A stretch of 64,000 nt of DNA from Pseudomonadota bacterium (GTDB lineage Bacteria > Pseudomonadota > Gammaproteobacteria > Pseudomonadales > JAUIET01), in contig JBCCIP010000020.1 in the NCBI GenBank assembly GCA_039111475.1, forward strand, positions 6,593 to 70,592, in the 5' to 3' direction. Below are positions 8,294 through 17,999 of the stretch, in pieces. A program made the translations under genes and the position numbers. Position 1 is the first letter of the stretch. Each line of letters begins with the position of its first letter. The notes under the pieces were generated by a model. It had not been told where the DNA came from, did no database searches, and saw only the letters and a list, made by a program, of their open reading frames with translations.

Positions 8294-9715
8294 ATGAATA
8301 GCAAGCACGATATCAGCTTCTGGTTCAGCCAGCTTGAGGAGAACTGTTCGCCTCGCCCAGAGCTGACAGAGGACATTACTGCCGACTTCGTCATCGTAGG
8401 TGCTGGCTTTACCGGATTGTGGGCGGCTTATTACCTGAAGCAAATCCAGCCTGATCTCAATATCGTCATTCTCGAAGCGCGTATTGCGGCCTACGGCGCA
8501 TCCGGTCGAAACGGTGGCTGGTTGATGGGCATGATCGAAGACCTTGAAGGCCAGGTGGCGCATCTCCCAATGGAACAACGTCGTGCGATATTTAAGGAGG
8601 TGCATGAGCTCATAGACGAGGTGGCACGAGTAGCGAACATAGAAGACATCGATTGCGACCTGGCGAGAGGGGGTGCTGTTTATGCGGCGGCACGTTTTCC
8701 GGAGCAAACCCAATGGGCCGAGCACTATCTTAGGCAACGACTTGACGCCGGCCACAGTGAGAAAGATTTTTGCTGGCTCAATCCAGCTGAAGCGCGAGAG
8801 CAGATTAATATTAAGGAAACCTTTGGTGCCGTGTATTGCAAGCATATCGCCGCCATACAGCCGGCAAAATTGGGCCGAGGTCTTGCGTGCGCCGTTGAGA
8901 AACTGGGCGTTCGCCTGTTCGAACATAGCCCGGCATTGCTCGACAATAAAACCGATGACTTCTCGTTCGTGCGCACAGAAAAAGGATCAGTTCGAGCAGA
9001 TACTTGTGTACTGGCCACAGAGGGCTTTGCGTTCGGCAATAACGCGCTTAAGCCATATGTCATTCCCTTGCAGAGCAAAATTATTGCAACAGAGCCTTTG
9101 GACGCTTCAATATGGCAAGAAATTGGATTTCAGTCCAGGCAAACCTTTTGCGACTTTAGCCGCTTGCAAACGTATGTACAACGCTCAGCCGATCATAGAC
9201 TGATATTTGGTGCTCGTGGCGTGTACGAATTCGGCGGCAAGCCATTTACCGACAAGGTGTTGACGGCTGATGACTCCGGATTTCAATTGTGCGAGCGTCT
9301 TATGCATGATTTGTTCCCCGTTCTCAGCAACACCAAAATTGAGTATTCGTGGGCGGGTACATTTGGCATGAGCAGAAAATTCTCGCCGCATGTTGTGTAT
9401 GACACGTCCAGCAATCTCGCAACGGCTGGCGGTTACGGAGGCGAAGGTGTTGGCGCATCAAACCTGTTTGGCCGCACATTGGCCGAACTGATTCTCGGAA
9501 AAACATCAATTCGGACTGAAATGCCGTGGGTATTCACGGACCCTTTGGCAACTTCCTTGAAGCGTTGGGAGCCTGAACCATTTCGCTGGCTGACGTATGC
9601 GCTCGCGGCCAAAGTGTACACGATGGAGGAGCAATATTATTGCGATTCTGATGCAGCTCAATGGAAGAAGCGCTTGCTGGGAAAGTCAGCTAACGCAATA
9701 GCAAGGTTGCTTTAG
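8294..9715 (+). CDS. FAD-dependent oxidoreductase, DAO/PuuB-OrdL family
   Basis: IVGAGFTGLWAAY dinucleotide fold; GASGRNGG; IQPAKL; LATEGF; YSWAG; GYGGEGV. Confidence 0.9.
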   Translation: MNSKHDISFWFSQLEENCSPRPELTEDITADFVIVGAGFTGLWAAYYLKQIQPDLNIVILEARIAAYGASGRNGGWLMGMIEDLEGQVAHLPMEQRRAIFKEVHELIDEVARVANIEDIDCDLARGGAVYAAARFPEQTQWAEHYLRQRLDAGHSEKDFCWLNPAEAREQINIKETFGAVYCKHIAAIQPAKLGRGLACAVEKLGVRLFEHSPALLDNKTDDFSFVRTEKGSVRADTCVLATEGFAFGNNALKPYVIPLQSKIIATEPLDASIWQEIGFQSRQTFCDFSRLQTYVQRSADHRLIFGARGVYEFGGKPFTDKVLTADDSGFQLCERLMHDLFPVLSNTKIEYSWAGTFGMSRKFSPHVVYDTSSNLATAGGYGGEGVGASNLFGRTLAELILGKTSIRTEMPWVFTDPLATSLKRWEPEPFRWLTYALAAKVYTMEEQYYCDSDAAQWKKRLLGKSANAIARLL

Positions 9716-9740
9716 CTGCAGCCATTAGGTTCTGGCTTTC

Positions 9741-10400
9741 CTAAATGTGATACTCAAACACCTCACGGCCATGGCGCGCTTCGAAATCTTGTGCCACTTG
9801 CAAGGCTTCCTGAGGGTTTCCCTGTGCTTTGCGCTTTAGCAGCTCAAGCACCAGGGAAGTGACCGTTGGAAGCTCTAGCTCGCTGGTTTTCTCAAGTTTA
9901 ATCCACTGCAGATCGAGCAGCTCGCCATTGCCTTGCAGGGTTCCGTGCACCCGCGATGCATCTGTTATAAAAAAGCGCGCATCAAAACGACGCGGCGAGC
10001 CTTCTGGCGTAATTGCCCGCGCAAAATACTCAAGACAGTCCAATGCGGGTACAAAACCTAGATCGTAAAACGCTTGCCACCCAGGCAAGTCGCTTTTCTC
10101 ATCTGAGCCAGGGTGACCCACTATAAGCCCGGTCTCCTCGAAGGTTTCACGAATCGCGGTCAAACCTAATACGTTTGCCCGTTCAGTGCTGGTCGAGGTA
10201 GACAAACGCTCTACCTGCAGCGGTGGTAGCGTGATTACAGGATCTACCTCGGCATCGTCCGCGTCGCAACGCCCGCCTGGAAACACATACACATTTGGCA
10301 TGAAAATATGTTTTCGGTTGCGAAGCCCCATTAACACTTCATCGCCACGAAGTAATATTAGCGTTGCCGCATCAACAGGCTCTACATAAGCATCGCTCAT
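9741..10400 (-). CDS. NUDIX hydrolase (NUDT19/acyl-CoA diphosphatase-like)
   Basis: DAATLILLR; FMPNVYVFPGG; AIRETFEETG; ITP..SPRRFDARFF. Start placed at MSDAY, which gives an ATGA overlap with the upstream gene. Confidence 0.87.
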   Translation of the reverse strand: MSDAYVEPVDAATLILLRGDEVLMGLRNRKHIFMPNVYVFPGGRCDADDAEVDPVITLPPLQVERLSTSTSTERANVLGLTAIRETFEETGLIVGHPGSDEKSDLPGWQAFYDLGFVPALDCLEYFARAITPEGSPRRFDARFFITDASRVHGTLQGNGELLDLQWIKLEKTSELELPTVTSLVLELLKRKAQGNPQEALQVAQDFEARHGREVFEYHI

Positions 10401-11242
10401 TGGATTCGAGCGTTTACCCAATCAGCAACCGTAGTATGAATATCCGGTCCTTCCGGCTCGTTAAAAATTTCATGGAAGAGTTCGTCATACACAATAAGCG
10501 TTTTGTCGTTCGACGCCAGGCGATCATGCAACAACCTGGACCCGTCAGCTGCTGCCATAGAATCTGCACCGCCATGCATGATCAACATCGGAACGGTAAT
10601 CGACTGCCCACCATCTTGAGCGATCTGCATGGAGCCAAACAGCTCTTTAACCAGTCGCGCCGAAGCTTTGCCATGGTGCACCAGTGGATCATTTACATAA
10701 TCTTCAACTACCGCTGGGTCACGAGATACGCCACTAGCATCCAGTTGCAGAACGCCAGCTTTTGGTGCCAGTAAAGACAACAGCTTTATGGTTAACATTT
10801 GCAGCGCACCTGGTTGTAAAGGGCTCATAATTGCAGAGCCAGACAAAATGCAGCCTTTGAATTGATCTTGGGCGCGCAATAATGTGAGAACACTGATCAG
10901 GCCGCCCATACTGTGACCAAGCAAGAACACGGGCAGGTTTTCGCTGAAATCACTGATTTGCTGGCGGTATGCTAAAACAGCATCTACATGATCAGAAAAA
11001 TGCTCAACATACCCCGGGGTACCTGGCGACTGCCCATGCCCAGGCAAGTCAAACGAGCACACTGCAACGCCCTGCCTCGCCAACGTACTTGCAAGCACGT
11101 CGTAGCGTTGACAATGTTCGCCCATGCCATGCACTAACAGCACAACAGCTCGTTTGTCACCCTGCGGCTCCCAGCGCTGGCAATAAAGGTCTCCATACTT
11201 TGCGTTGGGCAAGGTACTTGGGCTTTCAACTACAACGTTCAA
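10397..11242 (-). CDS. Alpha/beta hydrolase, lysophospholipase/monoacylglycerol lipase family
   Basis: VHGMGEH; DLPGHGQS; GHSMGG nucleophile elbow; HGGAD; FHEIFNE. Confidence 0.92.
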   Translation of the reverse strand: MNVVVESPSTLPNAKYGDLYCQRWEPQGDKRAVVLLVHGMGEHCQRYDVLASTLARQGVAVCSFDLPGHGQSPGTPGYVEHFSDHVDAVLAYRQQISDFSENLPVFLLGHSMGGLISVLTLLRAQDQFKGCILSGSAIMSPLQPGALQMLTIKLLSLLAPKAGVLQLDASGVSRDPAVVEDYVNDPLVHHGKASARLVKELFGSMQIAQDGGQSITVPMLIMHGGADSMAAADGSRLLHDRLASNDKTLIVYDELFHEIFNEPEGPDIHTTVADWVNARIQ

Positions 11243-13572
11243 AGTTGTTCCCCACGGCTTAGCTCAATGGCTTTCAATCGATCAAGTCGCAACACATTTT
11301 GCCTAAGCTCCCGTGCCATCGCTTTTCTACGCTCCTCCAAATTCTCGCTGTTCGGCTCCAGCAACCCTCTGTGTTGCATTAACTGGTGCGCATTCTTAAA
11401 CAAGAGCTTGCCTATCGACGCTTCGCTATTAATCCGGCGTTGCAAGTAAGCCTGACGGCCAAATTTAAGTGCTTGCTCAATACACGCTTTTTCTTCCAAA
11501 GTTTCTCCAACAGACAAGCGCGTTAACATATCGGCAACCACTGAATACGCTTCAACATAACTTTGCAATGTGGCGTGTGCGAGCAAGGGGGTCATGGTAT
11601 TTAACATCTGCAAAATATGCTCAGACCCTTGACCCAGTTTGACATTCCAATCCGGGTCACATAGATTCAGCTCATTGACAATTTCCTGCCGGAATTCTTC
11701 GCTGGGCGCATAGAAAAATTCAAACTTGAATAAGTCACGCAGGTTGTCAATTTCATGCCAAAAAATGTCGGTGGCGTCATTTTCACCTGCATCGCTGGCC
11801 CTCAGCAATGCCAGCTCGATCAAGGCTTTGTTGACGAAGAAATGAATAACTGTGTTGCGATAGTAACTGGCAACAGCATGCTGGTCTGGTGCTATGCCAT
11901 ACACAATATCGGGGCCTTGGTCATAGCGGGTAACAATGCCTTCATCAATCATTATGCCCAGCAGGCCGTCCATGTGGTCGGCGTAGTCAAGGTCAAAATC
12001 TTCTGAAATTCTCAACCCGCGAAGTGACGCATAATGCAGCAACTCCTGCAGATCCTGGATAACTTGCCGCTCTGTTTGGGCGCGTGGCGCTTTCGCCAGC
12101 AAGCTGGTAGTGACTAAGGAAGGAAATGTTAATGGCGTCACGTTATTTGCTTGCACTGCTACTTGGAACGCAATCTTTGAGAGCGCAAGTCTGTCATCAG
12201 GGTCCGGTGCTCGTTCAAGCACAACAGGCTCGCCTATATCCATATAGACCTTGCCCATTGGCTTTGCCAAGCTGCGAATATAACCAATGAACCACGACAG
12301 CGACTCGGCTGTTTTCTGCCGACCCATTTGCTCGGTCGCATACTCTTCTACATCTCGAATCAAGTCGTAAGATATTGACACTGGAATGATGTGGATGTTG
12401 CGCGCATCACTGGCATGACAGGCTTCCAATACATACTTCAGCAAGCCATAGCGCGGCGGCATCAACTTGCCAAGCCGCGAGCGGGTTCCCTCGAATGACC
12501 AATTCATAGGGAAACGCTTGTCCATCAAGAGACCGATGTAGTGACGAAGCGTTAGTTTGTATAATTCATTATCCTGGAAGCTGCGGCGAATGAAAATAGC
12601 GCCGGAACGGCGCAACAACGCACCCAAACCCGCGAAGCTCAGATTCGCACCGCCAAACATATGCGGAGTGGGGAAGTCATTGTCATACATGACTTTTGGA
12701 ACCACCGCACCGTCCAGATAGGTTTTATGCGTCCATAACAACAAAGCTGGATGATCACGTACCATGCTGCGCATTTTTTCAATCGACTCGGCGTCGTAAA
12801 CAACCTTGTCTTCGTAGCCAAGCCCTAACAAAAAATTGTTGAATTTAGCGTAGATATCCAGCCAAAACGTGCGCGGCTGGGTGATCATTTCTTTCATGTA
12901 ACCATCGGCTTCCGCCAGCAAGTCTTGCCTGCTTTTCCCGCTTTGTTGGGCAAGAGCTTCAACATCGCTCAGAAACGCCGGACTGTTGCGCAGCACTTCC
13001 GCTACATGCCTGGGTACTTTATACCGGCCGCCGCGTAACTTTCGCTCTCTTATATCAAGTGTTAGAGCCGCTTGCCTGGCGATAAAACCTGCCAACGCCA
13101 GCTCGTGCTCTGAGTCAGGCTGCACATTCTGCTCTAAAAATCGCTGCTGAAGATCACCCAGAGTAGCGGGCAAACCAGCCAACAAATACACTCTTTCGGG
13201 CTCCTCTACCGACAACTTGCGCGCTTTAACGGGTTTAGGTCTTGTAGGGTCCCCCAACAGCAAATCTCGAACTCGCGGTCGTGAGGTTAGTTCTTGTGAG
13301 GCGCGCCGCCAGGCGATACGCAGTGGCACTAGCAAGGTGTTTTCGGCAAGATTCAGAGCAGCGAGCAAGGGCTGGGCATCAATACCGCGTGTGTCATCGC
13401 TCAAATTTATAGGAACAATTCGGGGTGGTGGTTGGTTTTCTGGGCGGTGGTGATTGATCCAGTCGGTCAGTATCTCCTGCTCAACACTATTGATGACATC
13501 CAGAATAAAGACGCATTCACTGTCATTGGCATCGAGCCACGGACTGCTTCGATTAAGAATACTGGTGTGCAT
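11239..13572 (-). CDS. plsB: Glycerol-3-phosphate 1-O-acyltransferase (mycobacterial PlsB2-like)
   Basis: HKTYLD (HX4D); GGANL; GAIFIRR; FEGTRSRLGKL; IPVSISYD. Confidence 0.9.
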   Translation of the reverse strand: MHTSILNRSSPWLDANDSECVFILDVINSVEQEILTDWINHHRPENQPPPRIVPINLSDDTRGIDAQPLLAALNLAENTLLVPLRIAWRRASQELTSRPRVRDLLLGDPTRPKPVKARKLSVEEPERVYLLAGLPATLGDLQQRFLEQNVQPDSEHELALAGFIARQAALTLDIRERKLRGGRYKVPRHVAEVLRNSPAFLSDVEALAQQSGKSRQDLLAEADGYMKEMITQPRTFWLDIYAKFNNFLLGLGYEDKVVYDAESIEKMRSMVRDHPALLLWTHKTYLDGAVVPKVMYDNDFPTPHMFGGANLSFAGLGALLRRSGAIFIRRSFQDNELYKLTLRHYIGLLMDKRFPMNWSFEGTRSRLGKLMPPRYGLLKYVLEACHASDARNIHIIPVSISYDLIRDVEEYATEQMGRQKTAESLSWFIGYIRSLAKPMGKVYMDIGEPVVLERAPDPDDRLALSKIAFQVAVQANNVTPLTFPSLVTTSLLAKAPRAQTERQVIQDLQELLHYASLRGLRISEDFDLDYADHMDGLLGIMIDEGIVTRYDQGPDIVYGIAPDQHAVASYYRNTVIHFFVNKALIELALLRASDAGENDATDIFWHEIDNLRDLFKFEFFYAPSEEFRQEIVNELNLCDPDWNVKLGQGSEHILQMLNTMTPLLAHATLQSYVEAYSVVADMLTRLSVGETLEEKACIEQALKFGRQAYLQRRINSEASIGKLLFKNAHQLMQHRGLLEPNSENLEERRKAMARELRQNVLRLDRLKAIELSRGEQL

Positions 13573-13592
13573 AGGCGATTCTCGAAAAAAGG

Positions 13593-15209
13593 TCAGGCCC
13601 CGGTTTTCGGTTTAGGCCTGACAATGCGTCTCTTGGTACGTGTGTTACTGGTTTTTTTGGCACTGGCTTTTTTAGTGGTGGTTTTCTTACTAGCGCTTTT
13701 CTTAGCAGTCGCTTTCTTTTGGGTCGCTTTCTTTTTGGTGCTGACTTGCTTAGTGCTGGTTTTCTTCGCAGCACCAGACACCTCTGGCTGCCCCATCGCC
13801 TGCAGAAACATGTTGCGAACATCGCGCACGTGATCGTTCAATGTCGCTTTACTCCAACCACTTGTATCTACCGGCGGCAGCACTTCGACGTCAACAGTTG
13901 CCGGCCTGAAAACGAAATCCCCCTTTGGCGCAACGTCACCTGCATTGCGAATTACAATCGGCACAATTGGCACACCTGCTTGCATCGCAAGATGAAAAGC
14001 GCCCTTTTTGAACGGGTTCAATTTAGGCGAAATCGTGCGCGTACCTTCTGGCGCTAACACCACACTTTTCCCTTCGTTCACCATCACATCAACCAACGGT
14101 TGCATAGCGTCAATGGCACTGCTGGAGTTTTCTCTATCAATGAGCACGACACCACCAGCCTCCATCACCTGGCCTATGACGGGAATTTTGCGAATTTCCT
14201 TTTTCCCGACACCGGCAATATCACGCCGGATAAGCTTGGCGATGATGACAACGTCGGCCTTGCTCTGGTGATTAAAAATAAAGACCGCTGGTCTGCTTGA
14301 CCATAAGTGTTCTTCGCCGGTAACGTTTAGCTCCAAGCCAATCAGGGCGCTGGCGGTATCGGCGAATAGGGAGAAAGAGAAATTTCTTGCATCGCGCATC
14401 GAACCGGTGAGCGCGTACAACGGTAAGCCCGCTACAAAGGAAGTCACAATGCTGCTTGTTGCAGCAATAGAACGCGCGAATTGCATCATTGTTGGTCGAC
14501 CTCGGCTGCCATAGTGCACCACAGGCCAACGCTTCTTGCGCGCATGTCGTTCCAGTTTATTGCTGGGATTCAATGCTCGCGGGTTGCCAATGCGCTCCAA
14601 CAGCTCCAAATCATCAGTGCTGTCCGAATAGAAAAAGCTCTGGTCAAGGTCAGCATCCACCAGCCCCGCCAGGCGCTCAGCGGCATGCACTTTGCCTTCG
14701 CCAAAACAAGTGGGCCGAACTACCTGCCCAGTGAATTCACCATTTTCTACTTCAAGATACGTACACAGTACATGCTCAATGCCCAGGTCATGGGCTGCCG
14801 CCTCAACCTGATAAGGGGTGGCAGAAGAAATAACTGCCACCGTATGGCCTTTCTTCATATGCGCGTCGACTAACGCTCTGGATTCCGGGTAAATCAACCG
14901 GGCAATTTGCGACACATAGAGCTGATCGCCCATCTCACGATACGACTCCTCCGACACACCGCGCATGAACTGCGCTGTTACCATCATCATTGCCGAAAAG
15001 CCAAGCCTGCCCAGCCCAAAGCCCGACATTGCATTCATTAACTCTATAAATTGCGACGGTGTTATGTCGCCTCTTCGAATTTGCTCTCGGATGAAGACCG
15101 TTGCTGAGTATCCAGCAATCAGTGTGCCATCAAAATCGAAAATTGCGGCAATCTGCGGTCCATCTTCTGACTGCTCTATGGACTTCAATAATTGCTTTTG
15201 ATTTGCCAT
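13593..15209 (-). CDS. HAD-IB phosphatase / 1-acyl-glycerol-3-phosphate acyltransferase fusion with Lys-rich C-terminal tail
   Basis: N-terminal FDFDGTL and YSDSTDD (HAD); C-terminal NHQSKAD, PEGTR and FKKGAFHLA (PlsC-type); KKATAKKSASKK tail. Confidence 0.9.
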   Translation of the reverse strand: MANQKQLLKSIEQSEDGPQIAAIFDFDGTLIAGYSATVFIREQIRRGDITPSQFIELMNAMSGFGLGRLGFSAMMMVTAQFMRGVSEESYREMGDQLYVSQIARLIYPESRALVDAHMKKGHTVAVISSATPYQVEAAAHDLGIEHVLCTYLEVENGEFTGQVVRPTCFGEGKVHAAERLAGLVDADLDQSFFYSDSTDDLELLERIGNPRALNPSNKLERHARKKRWPVVHYGSRGRPTMMQFARSIAATSSIVTSFVAGLPLYALTGSMRDARNFSFSLFADTASALIGLELNVTGEEHLWSSRPAVFIFNHQSKADVVIIAKLIRRDIAGVGKKEIRKIPVIGQVMEAGGVVLIDRENSSSAIDAMQPLVDVMVNEGKSVVLAPEGTRTISPKLNPFKKGAFHLAMQAGVPIVPIVIRNAGDVAPKGDFVFRPATVDVEVLPPVDTSGWSKATLNDHVRDVRNMFLQAMGQPEVSGAAKKTSTKQVSTKKKATQKKATAKKSASKKTTTKKASAKKTSNTRTKRRIVRPKPKTGA

Positions 15210-15313
15210 ATTGGATCGTTCCTCCTGCCGAGTATCCGCAATTCGTGGTTGACTTGGTATTAGCCCAGCCCCAAGAATACAACATCTTTTGGCTAGATAG
15301 AGGAAATAAGAAT

Positions 15314-16309
15314 ATGGCCACTACAGAAATGTCTCTGGAGCAGATTGAGCAGCTCGCCACAAACGTGTTTGAGTCCAATGGTTGCGATGAACACAATACG
15401 CGAGCTCTGGTAAAAACGGTGGTCACCGCCGAGCGCGACGGCTCGCATTCGCACGGTTTGTTCCGCGTACCGGGCTATATAGCATCGCTACGCAGCGGCA
15501 AGGTAAAAGGCGATGCGTCCCCCATGGTCAGCAATAAAACCGCAGCCGTGATCAATGTGCACGGCGACAGTGGATTTTCACCCTTGGCGATTGAGCGCGG
15601 AATACCGGCGTTAGCCGAGGCTGCCAGCAGCGTGGGCGTTGGCGTAATGGGCATAACCCATGCCCACCATTTTGCAGCACTATGGCCTGAAACCGAAGCG
15701 CTCGCAGAGCGGAATCTGATCGGACTCGCTTGCGTATGCTATAAACCAGTGGTCGCACCCGCCGGAGGTAATGAGCGATTGCTTGGCACCAACCCCATTT
15801 CATTTGCCTGGCCACGCCCAGGGGCAAACCCATTTGTGTATGACATGGCCACAGCGGCAATGGCATTGGGTGAAGTGCAGATCGCCGCGAGGGATGGTAA
15901 GCAAGTGGCACCAGGCGTCGGGCTTGATGCAAGCGGTCAGGAAACAACAGATCCAGCCGAAATCGTAAAAGGCATGTTGCTGCCGTTTGGTGGTTATAAA
16001 GGCTCGGCGATCGCCATAATGGTAGAATTACTGGCTTCGGCCGCGATCAATGAGCAATTCAGTTTCGAGGCAGGTGAAACCGATGTTGCCGATGGCGGTC
16101 CGCCCCAAGGTGGGGAGTTCATTTTGGCTATTTCGCCAGACTTGCTCGCCGGTGACGGTTGGGCAGAGCACGCAGAAGCATTCTTCAAGCGTCTTGATGC
16201 TATTGACGGCGTAAGAATGCCCGGGGAGCGCCGGCACAAAAACAGATTATCTTCAGCGCCACGCGCAATCAACTCTGAGTTGCTTGCGCGCATTAAGGCG
16301 CTTGTTTAG
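15314..16309 (+). CDS. Ldh_2 family oxidoreductase (DpkA/ComC/AllD-like)
   Basis: SHSHGLFR; HHFAALW; GTNPISFA; DMAT; FGGYKGS; RMPGERR. Start moved to MATTEM (AGAGGAA upstream) to avoid overlap with the divergent gene. Confidence 0.88.
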   Translation: MATTEMSLEQIEQLATNVFESNGCDEHNTRALVKTVVTAERDGSHSHGLFRVPGYIASLRSGKVKGDASPMVSNKTAAVINVHGDSGFSPLAIERGIPALAEAASSVGVGVMGITHAHHFAALWPETEALAERNLIGLACVCYKPVVAPAGGNERLLGTNPISFAWPRPGANPFVYDMATAAMALGEVQIAARDGKQVAPGVGLDASGQETTDPAEIVKGMLLPFGGYKGSAIAIMVELLASAAINEQFSFEAGETDVADGGPPQGGEFILAISPDLLAGDGWAEHAEAFFKRLDAIDGVRMPGERRHKNRLSSAPRAINSELLARIKALV

Positions 16310-16338
16310 TCATTTATCTCCATAAATAGGCGCCAGCG

Positions 16339-17775
16339 TTAGTCAGAGATTCCACTGACGGCTTTCACTTCCAGGAAATCTTCCAGGCCAAGCGCGCCGC
16401 CTTCGCGGCCATTACCGGATTGCTTATAGCCGCCGAAAGGCGCACCGGCGCCCAAAGCCTGGCCATTGACTTCCACCATGCCGGAGCGCAATCGGCGGGC
16501 AACGCGGGCAGCGCGCTCGCCGTCCTGCGTTTGCACATAATTGGTTAGGCCATAGGCCGTGTCATTGGCTATGGCAATAGCTTCTTCTTCGCTATCAAAC
16601 GGGATGATCGATAAAACCGGCCCAAAAATTTCTTCACGCGCAATAGTCATTTCATTGTGTACATTCGCAAATACGGTGGGCTTGACGTAATAGCCCTGCT
16701 CAAGGCCTTCTGGGCGACCCGGTCCCCCACTGACCAATTCAGCACCTTCCGACATACCTTTATCAATGAGACCCTGAATTTTATTGAAATGAACCTCTGA
16801 CACCACCGGTCCTATATGACGACCTTCATCTGCAGCGTTCGCCACACTCGTTTTTTCTGCTGCGACACGGGCCTCATCCACTGCACGCTCATAGATAGAT
16901 CGCTCTACCAGCATTCGGGTTGGTGCATTGCAAGATTGACCGGAATTGTTAAAACAATGCCTGACACCGCGCGCGACTGCTTTTTCGTCCGCATCAGCAA
17001 ATACTATATTGGCGCCTTTGCCACCGAGTTCCAGCGCAACACGCTTGACTGTATCCGCAGCATTTTTGCTGATAGCCGTACCAGCCCGGGTTGAACCTGT
17101 GAAGGAAATCATATCGATATCAGCGTGCGCAGACATCTGCGATCCGACTCCCGCACCATCACCATTTACAAGGTTGAACACACCCGCTGGGAAACCCGCC
17201 TCATCAACCATTTCCGCAAACAACAGTGACGATAATGGTGCTATCTCAGATGGCTTCAGAACCATGGTATTGCCGACGCCAATGGCTGGAATGACTTTAA
17301 GAGTGACTTGATTCATCGGCCAATTCCACGGCGTGATCAAGCCACAAACTCCAATCGGCTCGTACACAAGTTTAGTGTCTGGCGCATGGGCACCTAATGG
17401 GCGTTCAAATTCGAATGCCTTAAGCGCTCGAATAAAGTTCTTGATGTGTCCAGCACCCGAACCTGCCTGGGCCGACTTGGCCATATCGATGGGAGCTCCC
17501 ATTTCAAGAGAAATAGCCGCCCCCATATCATCCATTCTGGACATGTATATTTCTGCCAGTCGCTGAAGTAAGCCCAATCTGTCATCCAGTGGCGTTTGGC
17601 TCCAGCCATCAAACGCCGCGCGTGCCGACGCTACTGCGGCATCTGTATCGGACGACCCACCAAGCGAGATAACGGCGCATACGTCCTCAGTAGACGGGTT
17701 GATAACGTTCAGATCATTGTCCACACTGGGAGACACCCACTGCCCGTTAATATAGAACTCTCGCTTTTCCAACAT
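16339..17775 (-). CDS. Aldehyde dehydrogenase
   Basis: ITPWNWP; LKPSE; FTGST; LELGGK; GQSCNAP; EEIFGPV; PFGGYKQSGNGREGG. Start placed at MLEKREF. Confidence 0.95.
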   Translation of the reverse strand: MLEKREFYINGQWVSPSVDNDLNVINPSTEDVCAVISLGGSSDTDAAVASARAAFDGWSQTPLDDRLGLLQRLAEIYMSRMDDMGAAISLEMGAPIDMAKSAQAGSGAGHIKNFIRALKAFEFERPLGAHAPDTKLVYEPIGVCGLITPWNWPMNQVTLKVIPAIGVGNTMVLKPSEIAPLSSLLFAEMVDEAGFPAGVFNLVNGDGAGVGSQMSAHADIDMISFTGSTRAGTAISKNAADTVKRVALELGGKGANIVFADADEKAVARGVRHCFNNSGQSCNAPTRMLVERSIYERAVDEARVAAEKTSVANAADEGRHIGPVVSEVHFNKIQGLIDKGMSEGAELVSGGPGRPEGLEQGYYVKPTVFANVHNEMTIAREEIFGPVLSIIPFDSEEEAIAIANDTAYGLTNYVQTQDGERAARVARRLRSGMVEVNGQALGAGAPFGGYKQSGNGREGGALGLEDFLEVKAVSGISD

Positions 17776-17999
17776 AATCACTTCCACCCAATAATTGATT
17801 GCTCAGTATACAAGGGCGCAACCATAACAGCGCTGTCGCTCAGTGCGCAATATCCAGTGTCCCCAGCGGCTTACTTGCTCCGGGACATTGCGAAAAGGAC
17901 AAGCGGCTCTGCTTGTTGCTGGAAGTTTGAACAGCGTCCGGATTCTGATCACTTATTAAACTAGGCTTTGCGTACGGACAACAAAGATCTGCAAGACCA

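Noticed and set aside
8216-8926. 236-aa minus-strand ORF
   Set aside because: Antisense to the well-supported FAD oxidoreductase, with no recognisable motifs.
15101-15313. N-terminal extension of the Ldh_2 ORF given in the ORF track
   Set aside because: It overlaps the divergent HAD-PlsC gene start; a better RBS and family-typical start lie at 15314.
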